DNA of 64,000 bases from Octopus sinensis (taxonomy: Eukaryota), in NCBI RefSeq assembly GCF_006345805.1, contig NC_043004.1, positions 95,418,001-95,482,000 on the forward strand, in the 5' to 3' direction. Made by a program: the position numbers and the translations under genes. Positions 37,769-50,693 of this stretch are shown here, in pieces. A model generated the notes under the pieces. It made no database searches. It was not told where the DNA came from and saw nothing but the letters and a program-made list of their open reading frames with translations. Each line of letters starts with the position of its first letter. Position 1 is the stretch's first letter.

Positions 37769-38082
37769 CCGCTAGAAATAGTAGTACTAGTTTGGTCCAG
37801 CTCGCAATATAGAGGAGAAAAAAGAGACAACCGGTCACTGATCTTACAACAAGCAAAGTTGGCTTATTAGAAATATCTCTGTGGCGATAAACATGACTTT
37901 TCAGTATAGTTACTGCTTTCATCTGTTAGAGAGATGCGTTACCATAAAAGAAGTACCAGTTCTGCACTGGAGTCGGTGTGTGGTGGCAACTTACCTCCTC
38001 ACTCGAAATTGCTGGCCTTGTGCTAAAATTTGGGAGTTTAAAAGAAAACAAAGCAAGCGTAAAACTGGTGTTGCACTTCTTC

Positions 38083-38186
38083 ATGATGATGATGAAGAAG
38101 ATTACCATCATGATGATGACGATGACGATGATGATGATGATGATTACCATGATGATGATGATGATGACGGTGACGATGACGATGAC

Positions 38187-38223
<37 letters not shown>

Positions 38224-38804
38224 ACCATGATGATGATGATGAAGATTACCATCATGATGATGACGATGACGATGACGATGATAATGATGATGAAGATTAC
38301 CATCATGATGATGACGATGACGATGACGACGATGATGATGATGACGATGACGATGATGATGATAATGATGATGATAATGATGATGATGATGATGATGATG
38401 ATGATTATGACGATGATGCTGATGTAGCAAAAAAAATTGTGATGATCGTAATGATGACGCTGTTGACAAGAATACTGGACACAATGACAGTTGCATGACA
38501 GCAACGTCACACATAATGACATTGATGGTGACAGCCAGGCTGACAACAACAATGACTCTAATAGCAGGAGACATGATTCAATAAAACTGCTGCTGTTGAT
38601 CATCATCATCGTGTTGGTTATGGTGGTGGTGACGGTGGAGGTGGTAGTGGTAGTGGTAGTGGAAGGTGGTGGTGAATGCTGATGATGATATTGGTTATGA
38701 GAATGCAATGGCGATGATGATGATGAGGAGGATGGTAGCGACGGTGCCGATGTTCATAATGATGGCAGTGGTGATGAAGTGGTGAGGAACTGGAATGGCA
38801 ACAG

Positions 38805-38837
<33 letters not shown>

Positions 38838-39532
38838 CAACGACGACAATGACGACGGCGGCTGGGGTGATGATGATGATGATGTTGATGATGAGGGTGG
38901 TGGTGATGGTGATGATGAGGATGATAATAGCAATGGTGACGATGTTCATAATGATGGTAGTGATGATGATGATGATGATGATGATGATGACAACGACGAC
39001 AATGACGACGGTGGCTGGGATGATGATGATGATGATGGTAGCAATGGAGACGATGTTCATAATGGTGGTAGTGATGAAGTGGTGAGGAACTGGAATAGCA
39101 GCAGTAATGATGACATTGATGATGATGATGATGATGACGACGATGATGATAATGATGGTGATGATGATGATGATGATGATGATGATGGTGATGATGATGG
39201 TGATGATGATGATGATAACGACGACAATGACAACGGCAGTGGAGATGATGATGATGACGGTGGTGGTGGTGATGATGATGATGATGATGATGGTGATGAT
39301 GATGGTGATGATGATGATGATAACGACGACAATGACAACGGCAGTGGAGATGATGATGATGATGGTGGTGGTGATGATGATGATGATGATGATGGTGATG
39401 ATGATGGTGATGATGATGATGATGATAACGACGATAATGACAACGGCAGTGGAGATGATGATGATGATGGTGGTGGTGGTGGTGGTGATGATGATGATGA
39501 TGATGATGGTGATGGTGATGATGATGACGGTA
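38083..39532. repeat. Interrupted (GAT)n/(GGT)n arrays with higher-order repeats
   Basis: Recurrent units such as GACAACGACGACAATGACGACGGCGGCTGGG, and three units of about 120 bp at 39190-39500. A similar motif occurs at 41640-41670. Confidence 0.9.
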
Positions 39533-39875
39533 ATTAAGGTAGTAAATATTTAATGAAAGACATTGTTCTACTCAAATGAAACATACTATCATCTCATCTT
39601 GATTTGTGTCAAGGGAACACACAAATTTTTCATTTCCCTTCTTAATTCCTCATTTTACCTTTTCTCTTTTTTCTTTATATATTTTTCCCTGTTTCATCTT
39701 TCAATTCAGCGTTTCATCTTTTTTTACTTCTTTTTTCCTCCCTTTTTTTTTGGCTTGCTTTTTTTTATTCACTATATGAATGTCTGTGTGTGTGTGTGTA
39801 AATATGTTTGTGTGTTTGTGTGAGTGTGAGCATGTATGCGTATGTGAGTGTATACGTGAATAACTATGTGCATTG

Positions 39876-39906
<31 letters not shown>

Positions 39907-41531
39907 GCATATTGATGCTTGTATAATTGCATGCGTTTATGGATGGATATGTATAGGCTTCTGTGTGTGTGTGTATGTATGTATTTGTATGTGTGTATGT
40001 GTGTCTCTATATGTGTATATGTGTATGTATGTATTTGCACATGTGTATGTGTTTCTATACGTGTAAATGTGTGTGTGTGTGTATAGCTGTGTGCTTGTGT
40101 ATGTATGTGAATATGCATATGTGTCTGTATGTATGTCTGTATCTAATTGTGTATGTATAGGTGCTTTGTGTGCAATTATTTGTTTGTATATATATGTGTG
40201 AATGTATCTTCTTGTGTGGCCTGGTGTTTGTGTGTATGTGTGTGTATATACTGTGCTTGTGTATGTCATTTTACTTGTATGTATGTATGTATGTATGTAT
40301 GTATGTGTATGTATTTTTATGTGTATATGATTTTGCATGCATATGTGTGTACTTCTGTGTCCATGTGTATGTGTTTGTATGTATATGTAAATGTGCATGT
40401 GTATGAGTGTGTGTGTTTCCAGTTTCCTTTAACCGTTTCTTCTTTTCTCTCCCCCCTTTTAATATCCCTCCCACACCACTTTACATCCACCCACAACATC
40501 CCAATCCCATCTTCAATGTCTTTTCTTTCAAACTTCATTTGATTCTTCACATCTGTTCCTTCCATCTTTCCTTCCTTTTTTTTGTCTCTTTCCATATTTC
40601 TTTACTCCAATCCATCCCTACCTTGCCATGCCCCACTCCCCCACCCCGCCATCACCACCACCACCATCTATTTCTTCCTTCCTTCCTTCAATTTCTTTCA
40701 TCACTTCCTTGCTTCCTCATTCACCCCTCTCCTGTCTTCCTCACCCTCCCATCTTCTATTGATTGTTCCCCACCCATTTGCAATCTTCTTCCTGTTCTTT
40801 CTACCTCCTTCCCTCTCCCTTCCTCTCCTCTTCCTCCTACTCTCTCCTCTTTGCTAACCTCCTATTCCCACTCCACATTTTACCCCAGCCCCACTCTTCC
40901 TCTCCTTTAACACTTAAGACAGTAAACTGTGTCATCTACATACAAACACTTATACAATTAGATTATTAATGGTCAACCATCAAATATAGGCACCATACCC
41001 TTCACACCTCATTATACTATGACAGTGTGGTTCAGAAGTTTGCTTCTTAGGCATGTGGTAATAGGTTCAATCTCACCTAGGTACTTTATGCGAGTATTTT
41101 TTACAGTTGCCTCTAGTTGACCAAAAATTCTTTGTGAATGGAATTTGTTTCTTCAACAAGGCTTCTGAGATGGTCAGAAAAGAGAGAGGGAGCGAGAAAG
41201 AACCCATGACTAAAGGTTTAGCTTCATACACCAGGTACCTTGGTGTGAATGCTTGAATCCAAGTGAAGAATTCTGCTAAAGACACACGAGTAACAGGTGG
41301 CTGCTTGCATGGAAACCTTGCCAGGTCAGATCGGAACCTGGTGCAGCTCCCTGGCTTACCAGTTTCCAGTCAAACCATCCAACCCATGCCAGTATTCACC
41401 CTGAATTTATTATATAATATAAACGTATATATTATAAAAATATTTATGGTGTATTCTTAATAATTGTATGTCTATCATTAAACCTGTTAGATTCTATACA
41501 TTTTACACAAAGAATCCATTTGTTTTCTACA

Positions 41532-41563
<32 letters not shown>

Positions 41564-42180
41564 CGACGACGACGACGATGACGACGATGATGATGATGAC
41601 GAAGATGATGATGATGATGATGATGATGATAATGATGACAATGACGACAATGACGACGGCGGCTGGGATGAAGATGATGATGATGATGATGATAATAATG
41701 GAAAGCGGACATTAAATGATGATGATGATGGTGATGATGATGATAATGATGATGTGTGTTTTTATATATCCATCTGAAGAGCATTCAACATAAGGATATA
41801 GAGTTAATTTATATAATTTTGCTATCATACAAACCAGTCGATACATGTTACTAATAGTTTCAAAGTGACTAAAAGCCATTGAGTGCAGTTGGATATGAGT
41901 CTACCAAAATTCATGAAAAGTACTCTATGAAGTGATTTGCTTTGGACACAAAGAAAGTAATCCATATTCTGGCTTGTGTTATGAGCATTCTGAAACATAT
42001 AATTGAAAATTCATCTCAGGATTTGTCTAATTGCCTAGTCTTCAAATATAATAGTAGAAGAAAAGATATCGCTTGTAGATAAAACCAAAAGTATTGAAAT
42101 TTGACCTGTTAACATGCAAATACAAATAATGTTGAATAAATACACTAAAAAGTAGAATGAAGAAAACTTTAAAAAATAAT

Positions 42181-42596
42181 GCACAGGAGTGGCTGTGTGG
42201 TAAGTAGCTTGCTAACCAACCACATGGTTCCGGGTTCAGTCCCACTGCGTGGCATCTTGGGCAAGTGTCTTCTGCTATAGCCCCGGGCCGACCAAAGCCT
42301 TGTGAGTGGATTTGGTAGACGGAAACTGAAAGAAGCCTGTCGTATATATGTATATATATATAAGTGTGTGTGTGTGTATATGTTTGTGTGTCTGTGTTTG
42401 TCCCCCTAGCATTGCTTGACAACCAATGCTGGTGTGTTTACATCCCCGTCACTTAGCGGTTCAGCAAAAGAGACCGATAGAATAAGCACTGGGCTTACAA
42501 AAGAATAAGTCCCGGGGTCGATTTGGTCGACTAAAGGTGGTGCTCCAGCATGGCCACAGTCAAATGACTGAAACAAGTAAAAGAGTAAAAGAGTAA
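42181..42596 (+). mobile_element. SINE family A with TSD AAATAATG
   Basis: Full head-to-tail match. Confidence 0.9.
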
Positions 42597-43025
42597 ATAA
42601 TGATGCCGGTCAGTTTGATAGTTGAATCCCATAGCTGAGCAATGATGACTGAGAAAGCAAACTTCTTCCATTTAATAATTTTAGGAAAGATTTGCATCTT
42701 CTTTCATTTCACTTCTATAAACTGTTTTACTTATTTATTCTTACTTTTGTTTCTTAATTTATCTTTCTCCCCACTTTTGATCTTAGATCTAACTACAGTT
42801 ATGTTTAAGATTTTAAAACATAATAAAATCAGTTTTTTTATCAGAATACAAATAGTATAAATAGAAGTAAGGAATATTTCGTTTCTGTAGAAAACAAATG
42901 GATTCTTTGTGTAAAATGTATAGAATCTAACAGGTTTAATGATAGACATACAACTGTTTTGAGTTGTTATGAATGACTTTTTAACAATGAGCAACATAGA
43001 ATACCTGGTGTCTGTAACTGTAAAG

Positions 43026-43117
<92 letters not shown>

Positions 43118-43573
43118 ATATATATATAGTTGAAAACAGATTAGAGATCTATGCAAAAAAAAAACTTTTACATATAAAAGATGAAGGTGGAAGTAGTATA
43201 TTTCAATTTAAGAGGGAATTTAATAAAAAATTATATAAAGAAAATATTACCGGTTTCAATCTATCTCACCTTATCAAATATCAGTAAAAGTTTATAAAAC
43301 TTTGAAGTAAAAACAGTTTATCTTCTGTCTGGGGGGTCAAGAACATGTCTGGAGATTTTTGTTGAAGTCTTCTTTAAATTTAGTTTGGTATAGTGTTCAA
43401 AGTGTTAGAGAGTGAGAGAAGGGGTGTCTATTGTCTAAAGAAATCTCTGTGTGTTCCTGCCTAGGGAATGGCTAAATATATATATATATCTAATGTAGGA
43501 TAAAATTTTTTTTCAAAAACAATTCTTTTCCAAAAAAAATTTTATCAATGGCCAGCATATTAAAAAATACCTT

Positions 43574-43884
43574 TAAAGGTTAAATTTATAAACAATTCCT
43601 AAATAAGGGCGAACGAAAAAAATTTCTAATGCCAAATATGCCGAAAAATTGGACATATTGTCCATTAACCATTAATTTTTTCACAATAGTTAAAGGTTAA
43701 ATTTATAAACAATTCCTAAATAAGGGCGAACGAAAAAAATTTCTAATGCCAAATATGCCGAAAAATTGGACATATTGTCCATTAACCATTAATTTTTTCA
43801 CAATAGTTATTTTTTCACAATATGTCCAATTTTTCGGCATATTTGGCATTAGAAATTTTTTTCGTTTGCACTTATTTAGGAATT
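43574..43884. repeat. 117 bp tandem duplication followed by an inverted partial copy
   Basis: 43574-43690 equals 43691-43807. 43817-43884 is the reverse complement of part of the unit, with 2 mismatches. Confidence 0.95.
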
Positions 43885-43959
43885 ATATATATATATATAT
43901 AAAGGGTAAAAATTATTAAAAACAGACCATAAATATTTTTATAATATATACGTTTCTAT

Positions 43960-43990
<31 letters not shown>

Positions 43991-45000
43991 TATATCAGTG
44001 GCGACTCCAGTAGTCTGGTTGCTTGGGCTTAGCCCAAGTTTAAATTTAGGAAAGTGAATTTGTATTTACATGCTGATTTAATTTCTGCCAACGCTGACTT
44101 CAGGTATATAATTTCAGCCAATAACTCGGGCTCCTTTTATTAAGCCTGGCTGCAGTTTATTTATTAACTCAGAGATGCCCCGTGTCAAAAAACATCATTT
44201 GTAGCAGACGTTCTCTCAGCATCATTCGCATGCACCTGACTCAGGCTCAGAAGGTACAGCCCAAGTTTTTATCTATAATCATAAAAACTATAAGTAATTC
44301 AAATTCAATGTTTTTTGAAACAATAAATTTCTATAGAGATTAGGATTTAAATTCCAATCTATGAAAAGTTTCCGTTCTATAATATTCTTATATGAACAAA
44401 AATTTATCCACCAACTCGGGCTAATATGAACGAGCCTAGTAGGTGTAAAAGACTAACTGGTATCTCTTGTCAAGAGTACAAGCAATAGTTAGATCACTAC
44501 TGTTTGTAGTGCACCCTGCTGTCATTATTTGATTGCTGTTATTTTGTGTGTCTGTGTGTAAAGATCAGTTGTGTAGCACTCAAGTAACAATCTTCCACCC
44601 GGGTTTCGAAACCGCAGCTCCAAATCACCACACAAACACAAGATGCTGACGTCACCCACCTCCAGTCCAATGAAATTCCACAAACACCAGTTGCTGACGT
44701 CACATAATTCCAAACCAATCAAAACCGAACTTCAAAGAATACAACCAAAAGACCCTTTAAGAAAACCAACCAACCAGAATGACCTATAACCGTATCCTGC
44801 AAGGAAATCAACCAAGCAGAACGACAAGCTTGACCACAGAAGCAAAACATCAACAATCTTTTAAGGAATCAAAATCAGATCCACTCTCAGAAAAAAATTT
44901 ATACATACATCTTTTCCTAAAACATACCATTGCAAGCAGAAGCAACCGTTTAAAGATCTGAGAAACTGTAATTTCCCCCTTTTTCTACTCTCTTTTCTCT

Positions 45001-45403
45001 TTTACTCTTTTACTTGTTTCAGTCATTTGACTGTGGCCATGCTGGAGCACCGCCTTTAATCGAGCAACTCAACCCCGGGACTTATTCTTTTGTAAGCCCA
45101 GTACTTATTCTATCAGTCTCTTTTGCTGAACCGCTAAGTAACGGGGACATAAACACACCAGCATCGGTTGTCAAGCAATGGTAGGGGGACAAACACACTC
45201 ACACAAACACACACGCATATATATATATATACAAATATACGACGGGCGTCTTTCAGTTTCCGTCTACCAAATCCACTCACAAGGCTTTCGTCAACCTGAG
45301 GCTATAGTAGAAGAAACTTGCCCAAGGTGCCATGCAGTGGGATTGAACCCGGAACCATGTGGTTGGTAAACAAGCTACTTACCACACAGCCACTCCTGCG
45401 CCT
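45001..45403 (-). mobile_element. SINE family A, full length
   Basis: Match to family A. Confidence 0.9.
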
Positions 45404-45760
45404 CTTTCAATTCTCACACTGTTTTTTTTTCAGTATCACTTGTTGACCACCACTAAAATTAATGAACCTTGTACATTCTAACAAATTAATATACAGTTTT
45501 AATTTCAAACTTACACCTGTTTTGAACATGATAATTTATCACCATTGAAACATTTTAATTTAACAACATTGAAACATTTTGGGAAGCGGGAGTAAGTTGA
45601 TTACATCAATCCCAGTGCTTGGCTGGTACCTTTATTATTGACCTGAAAAGATTAAAAGTAAAGTTGACCTCAGTGAGATTTGAACTCAAAACATAAAATC
45701 AGAAGGAATGCTGTTGAGCAAATCCTTTCTTCCAGGTTTATGTTCTCTCTCTCTCTCTCT

Positions 45761-46151
45761 CTCTTTTACTTGTTTCAGTCATTTGACTGCGGCCATGCTG
45801 GAGCACCGCCTTTAGTCGAGCAAATCGACCCCAGGACTTATTCTTTGTAAGCCCAGTACTTATTCTATCAGTCTCTTTTGCCGAACCGCTAAGTAACGGG
45901 GACATAAACACACCAGCATCGGTTGTCAAGCAATGCTAGGGGGACAAACACAGACACACAAACACACACATGCATATATATATATATACATATATACAAT
46001 GGGCTTCTTTCAGTTTCCGTCTACCAAATCCACTCACAAGGCTTTGGTCGGCCCCAGGCTATAGTAGAAGACACTTGCCCAAGGTGCCACGCAGTGGGAC
46101 TGAACCCAGAACCATGTGGTTGGTTAGCAAGCTACTTACCACACAGCCACT
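45761..46151 (-). mobile_element. SINE family A
   Basis: Match to family A. Confidence 0.9.
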
Positions 46152-47178
46152 TCTGTGTTTAAATTTTGGTAATAGAATCAAGGATAGTTTTGTTACCCAT
46201 TTTAAACTCCCAAAGCGCAGCGACATCATTTTAAGTGACCTGGAAGTTATTGGCAGTCCACTTTCTCAGTTAGTGGGCTTGGTACCATATTCCTATTTTA
46301 GAATTAAAGAGCTTTTCGGTTTTTTCATATTCCTATAGTGCTACTTCATTCATGGTGATATGCAGTTGCATCATCTGGACATAATTTGGTAAATTGTCCA
46401 GATATTTTACTAAACTTGTCTTTATTCTTAGGAAGCTGTTTCAATGAGTTTTTGTAGGCTATTTACGCTGAGTGGATAGGTTTCTACAATTCTGTTTTTT
46501 TTTTATTATTGTATTGTTCTTGGAATTGTCTTGGCAAAATTACACTGTAGCTCTTGTATAAGCTTTGCCATTGTTTCATTGTCTGCATATGACTGGAGTC
46601 AAGCTCTTTAGTACAAATGCTTTGTTTTCATAAGTTTTGAATTAAAATATTCCACCAGACCTTAGTCACAATTTATGTTCCTAACACTAGCTTAATGATA
46701 ACTAAGTTATTTTACTAAATTCTTTGTTATATTTAAAGTAATTGAAAGAAACACAGAGCATCTCAAAATAAATACAGTAACAAAAGGGTTAAGGAATACA
46801 TACATTCCATGTGATAGTATTCATCAGAAGGTTTTTGAAAAAAGAACTGAGAGAGTTACTAGTACTAGCTGCTGTTTTTTTCGTTGTTGTTGTTGTTGAT
46901 GATGTTACTGGTAAAGCTAATGTTATCACCACTATCCATACTATCACCCTTCCTATAAATGCCACCACCATCACCATCCTAGCATCACTGTCAGTATTTA
47001 GGGTTAAGCTCAGGAATGAGAATGTTGTTACTACTATCTGTATATGTAGGGGAGGAGAGTTAGTATTGTTGTTGTTGTTGCTGTTAAGGTTGTTACAGTC
47101 ACTGCTGTAGTTGTTGCTGTTGTTACTATTATCATTGATGCTGCTGTTTTTGTAAGTATCAGTATTCCATATTGTCCA

Positions 47179-47337
47179 GAGTTCAAATTCCGCCGAGGTC
47201 GACTTTGCCTTTCATCCTTTCGGGGTCGATAAATTAAATACCAGTTACGCACTGTGGTCGATGTAATCGACTTAATCCGTTCCTCTGTCCTTGTTTGTCC
47301 CCTCTATGTTTAGCCCCTTGTGAGCAATAAAGAAATA
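47179..47337 (+). mobile_element. SINE B, 5'-truncated, with TSD CATATTGTCCAG
   Basis: Body and tail match, with the flanking duplication. Confidence 0.88.
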
Positions 47338-47399
47338 CATATTGTCCAGTTAATTTTCAAGGAAGTCTTTTCGATTCCAGACAGACAATTAATGTTACC

Positions 47400-47815
47400 T
47401 ATTTCTTTACTACCCACAAGGGGCTAGACACAGAGAGGTTAAACAAGGACAGACAAACGGATTAACTCGAATACATCAACCCTAGTGCGTAACTGGTACT
47501 TAATTTATCGACCCCGAAAGGATGAAAGGCAAAGTCGACCTTGGCGGAATTTGAACTCAGAACGTAGCGGCAGACGAAATACCTATTTCTTTACTACCCA
47601 CAAGGGGCTAGACACAGAGAGGTCAAACAAGGACAGACAAACGGATTAAGTCGAATACATCAACCCCAGTGTGTAACTGGTACTTAATTTATCGACCCCG
47701 AAAGGATGAAAGGCAAAGTCGACCTCGGCGGAATTTGAACTCAGAACGTAGCGGCAGACGAAATATTGGTAAGCATTCGCCTGGAGTGCTAACATTTCTG
47801 CCAGCTCGCCGCCTT
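47400..47815 (-). mobile_element. Tandem dimer of SINE B with a 17 bp TSD
   Basis: Junction AAAGAAATA|GGTATTTCG at 47583/47584. TSD AGACAATTAATGTTACC at 47383-47399 and 47816-47832. Confidence 0.92.
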
Positions 47816-49479
47816 AGACAATTAATGTTACCGATCAAACTGAAATTTCCATAATTCCAAAACAACGAAAGCAAAAAAACTCCCTTGTACACATGCACAT
47901 GAGCACATGCACACAGGGATAATAGGGGCTCACTATAATATACAAAAGTATGCAGAGCACCCCAAAGTACAAACATATATACACTTGCGTGTACGGTCAC
48001 ACATGTGAATGTTTGAATTGATAAAGTACAGCGATCCAAATCATATCTATTATTACCAACTCATTTACAATTTCACCAACTCACTTGCAATTCAAAGGGT
48101 AGGTGTATGTCTAATCACATGACACTTTATCTGGAGATCCATCAAATACAATGATCTGGAATTATTACCAATAAAATTCATAGCCAAGTTGGCGAAACTA
48201 GCAGTAACAGATATTCTTTGAATCACTGTAACGATACACTTAGTAATTTTACACAAATATTTATTTCTCTTTTTTATTCTATGTTCTCAATTGTTAATAG
48301 ACTCTATGTGTGTGTGTGTGTGTGTATGAGTATATTTGCATGTGTGTGTGCATGCACATATTTGCGTATGTATCCAAATGTGTGTGTGTGTATATGTATA
48401 TGTATATATATGGTTAGAGCTTGTTGAATTGATCCAATGCTTTACTGGTGTGTATATTGATTATTTTTGTCACTGTCTGTGGTTAGGCATTGGTGCGGTG
48501 CAGCTAAAATCAGATCTGTTATTTCTGCTTTTGCCCAGAGTTATTAAGCAATTGTTGGTTTTCTTACTGTTTTATTACTTCTTAGTTGAGTTTTGTAGAG
48601 TATTGATAATAGAGAAGTTAGTCTCTCTGTTTTTCTCTTCAGTATATTTTGGTATCCCATTTTAACTTTTGCCTTTTTTATTCTAACCTTTTTCTGAACA
48701 TTTCTTCCTACCAAAATCATTTCCTATCGTGTGCAACAAATGTCACAAGTTGTTACATAAGTAGTACCCTTATACTTTGTATATAAATTCTCAATTTTGC
48801 AGAACATATTTGTCAGTATGTTCAGCTGCCCAATTCACTGGCACCAACAAACATGTCCACATCAGTTAATATGCCTACTTTAAGAGTCATGCCTATACCA
48901 TCATTTGGACTAAGCAGTTATTTAGGTCGGTGTTACATTAATTAATGATGCTTTTCAAGAGAGGTGTCTTAAAGAAATTCTCTAAATGGAATTGCTGCTG
49001 GGTATGTAATCAAGCCTAGAGTGACAGAGTCATTGATACAACCCAGAGATGTAGTGCTAGGTCACAGTATACCAACTGAAGCCAGAAAGGTACTAGTTAT
49101 CACAATGTTTCTGACAGTCTTCATGGAATAGTAGTTACAACATAGCAGTGACAAATAGTAAAACAGCTATAAACTCATTACTTTGGACAGCTTTTACCAA
49201 TAGCCCAGATACTGCCATATAGAACAGGGACCAGTTCAATAACCAACTAGAAGAGCTGCAACCACACCTGCACAAGTGGGCTTACCAGACCACCATTTAC
49301 CAATAACTTAAATATCTAGCCTTTTTATAATCAAGAAATTTTATGAATGGTGACAAAGCTTTCTATCAATATGTATACATTCATTTCTGTACTGTACTGA
49401 GATATTATACATGGGTGAAAAAAAACACGCACACACACTTGCTCCTGTCATTGGGCTCTCATTGCCATGTTGATTAAAC

Positions 49480-50105
49480 CCACTGAGTCAGTCTATTTGA
49501 CCCAGATCGGATTAAAGGGCATCAAAGTCCACAAATTAAACTTTGCTTCTAATCCCAAATGCCAACTGATTAACCCAGCTGAATCAGAAATCAAGCTGGC
49601 AAGTAAACATATACTGAGAAAGATCAACAATGACATAAGGAGAGCATTGAATGTCTCCCTATGACATAATACCAATGAAATTATTTCATGGTTTAAAGGA
49701 GAAGATTCTCCTAATTTTATATAATAGATTTTTATCCATCTATATCGAAAAGGTTACTAGTTAAGGTGTCATGTTCACTAGGAATTTTCCTGACATTACC
49801 GATAGGGATATAGACGCAATTATGCATGCTCGGAAAATGCTCCTGTTCAATAACGGTTCAGCCTGGGCCACACAGACTGACCCAGTAGGCTCCTTCCATG
49901 TGGAAATCAGAGCATTTGGCAGCATGGATATCTTCAACCTCACAGGATTGTATATGTTGGACACCTTAACAAAGTGGTTCCTGCCAGTCCTTTTTGGTCT
50001 ATACAGAGATGATGCTTCAACTATCTGTAGAAGCAATAACGGGCATACCTTAGATGGGTTTAGTAAGGATCTAATTCATGCCCTTAGCTCCCTTGTCCTA
50101 CGAGT
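49480..50105 (+). mobile_element. Decayed Penelope-like element reverse transcriptase (YRDD type)
   Basis: Translates KVHKLNFASNPKCQLINPAESEI, IDFYPSIS, IMHARKMLLF and GLYRDD (YRDD at 50002-50013). I recognise this as PLE RT from memory of the family. Stops and frameshifts are present. Confidence 0.7.
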
Positions 50106-50109
50106 GAAC

Positions 50110-50423
50110 TAAGGTAACACCCTTTATTTTTCAAGCACCATCCGGAGTAGTCAAGCAATTCCAAGCAGTGCTGTTTTCTGCAAGTGCTCCACCCTTATTG
50201 CAGCCCCTATTTGTTCCATGTTCTTCTCAAGACTTTTACTCATTGTTCCCAAGGCTCCGACAATTATTGGTACTGCTACTGCCTTTTTCATCGACCACAA
50301 CTGCTTAACTTCCCAAGCTAACCTGTCATATCTATCGACTTTTCTTTCTTTTTTATCGCATACCTTTGTTGTCAGCTGGGCATGCTATATCTATGATCCA
50401 GCATAGTTTGCTTTCTTTCCCAA
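50110..50423 (-). mobile_element. R4/Dong LINE 3' fragment (restriction-like endonuclease)
   Basis: Translates CWIIDIACPADNK...LWSMKKAVAVPIIVGALG...LQKTALLG. Abuts (TAA)n. Confidence 0.85.
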
Positions 50424-50441
50424 TTATTATTATTATTATTA

Positions 50442-50693
50442 TGTTTTTTCTTCTTTCTTCAAATTTTCTTCCGTTTCTCGCGGAGTGTTTTCTATTCACC
50501 TAGAGCAGAGAAGCAGTTAATACGATTTTTTGCACTTCCTGTAGGGATGGTAAGCCTGGAATCATTTTCAAATAGGTTTCAGTACCTTTTTTTTATCATT
50601 CCTAGAGATCCTACAATCACTGGTACTGTAGTCGCCTTGAGATGCCACATTTTTTCAATTTCTATTATCAAGTCTTTATATTTACTAATCTTG
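50442..50693 (-). mobile_element. Second R4/Dong family 3' fragment between (TAA)n runs
   Basis: Translates KISKYKDLIIEIEKMWHLKATTVPVIVGSLGMIKK...LQEVQKIVL. Confidence 0.82.

Noticed and set aside
37881-38708. Poly-Asp, poly-His, poly-Ile and poly-Met ORFs on both strands; likewise 41444-41784 and 62219-63660
   Set aside because: They are trinucleotide arrays open in several frames and on both strands at once, as expected for neutral repeats.
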